DNA of 64,000 nt from contig JAUCBJ010002727.1 of NCBI GenBank assembly GCA_032718475.1, positions 1 through 64,000 of the forward strand, written 5' to 3'. Made by a program: the position numbers and the translations under genes. A model generated the notes under the pieces. The model saw only the letters and a program-made list of their open reading frames with translations. It was not told the DNA's origin and did no database searches. The DNA is from Nemertoderma westbladi (Eukaryota; Animalia; Xenacoelomorpha). Numbering within the stretch: the first letter of the stretch is position 1; each line of letters starts with the position of its first letter. Shown piece after piece: positions 63,334-64,000 of the stretch.

Positions 63334-64000
63334 AGGACAGCCTGCTGGCGCTCGCAGACACTAAACAAGCCGAATTGATGAAGGAACTTTGTATTCTAGT
63401 CGACGAAAACGATTCGGTCCTCGGGAAAACGACGAAACGGAACTGTCACTTAGCGGAAAACATTAGCAAAGGCATGTTGCACAGGGCGTTTAGTGTCTTC
63501 TTATTTAACAACGAAGGCCAATTATTGCTGCAGCAACGGTCTGCTAATAAGATAACATTCCCGTTGTACTGGACTAACACCTGCTGCAGTCATCCTCGGT
63601 ACAGTGCCGATGAAACGGACCACAACGGGTCCAGTAAAGGCGTCGTGTTGGCGGCACAACGACGCCTTTACGAGGAGTTGGGAGTCCATCCGTACTTGTT
63701 GCTCCCGGATCAGTTCACTCTCCTCCGTAGGATCCACTACCGGGCGATCTGCGACGACCCCCGGTGGGGCGAGCACGAGATCGATTACGTATTATTCACG
63801 GACGCGCCCGAAGTTACGCCTCCAGTGGTGGAAGCCGATCCCAATGAGGTCGAGGACTGGAGGTTCTTTACTCAGGATGAGTTGAAGGAATTTATGAGTT
63901 CCGGAGAAAAGTTCACCCCGTGGTTTAAACTTATCGCGAATAATTTTCTGCATAAATGGTGGGATGCAATGCTTGTAGGTAAACTTCATGAACACGTTTC
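63327..64000 (+). CDS. IDI1: Isopentenyl-diphosphate delta-isomerase type 1, uninterrupted, runs off the window
   Basis: Manual translation gives CILVDEND, LHRAFSVFLFN, LLLQQRSANKITFP, WTNTCCSHP, AAQRRLYEELG, WGEHEIDY and FTPWF. Missing from the ORF track because no stop falls in the window. Confidence 0.97.
   Translation, partial: MAEDSLLALADTKQAELMKELCILVDENDSVLGKTTKRNCHLAENISKGMLHRAFSVFLFNNEGQLLLQQRSANKITFPLYWTNTCCSHPRYSADETDHNGSSKGVVLAAQRRLYEELGVHPYLLLPDQFTLLRRIHYRAICDDPRWGEHEIDYVLFTDAPEVTPPVVEADPNEVEDWRFFTQDELKEFMSSGEKFTPWFKLIANNFLHKWWDAMLVGKLHEHV

Overview
AT-rich eukaryotic, probably invertebrate animal, genomic window dominated by transposons and tandem repeats. Host genes: the 5' part of a spliced ninein-like EF-hand gene (minus strand, runs off the left edge), single-ORF MRPS15, RRN3 and IDI1 (runs off the right edge), and a bacterial-type NH3-dependent NAD synthetase (nadE) that looks horizontally acquired and sits head-to-head with RRN3. 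Three young BEL/Pao LTR retrotransposon insertions and one solo LTR all have 5-bp TSDs. Two of them belong to one ~17 kb family carrying two accessory non-env ORFs behind pol, one with a triple CCHC zinc-knuckle array. None of the three elements has a canonical TGG tRNA primer-binding site. In two, the PBS position is perfectly complementary to a site in the element's own LTR, suggesting Tf1-like self-priming in BEL/Pao. Also present: RTE-like LINE relics, a tRNA-derived SINE, a MITE, a CRE-like 3' end and several satellites, three of them traceable to local source sequences. All identifications were made by eye from motifs; no searches were run.
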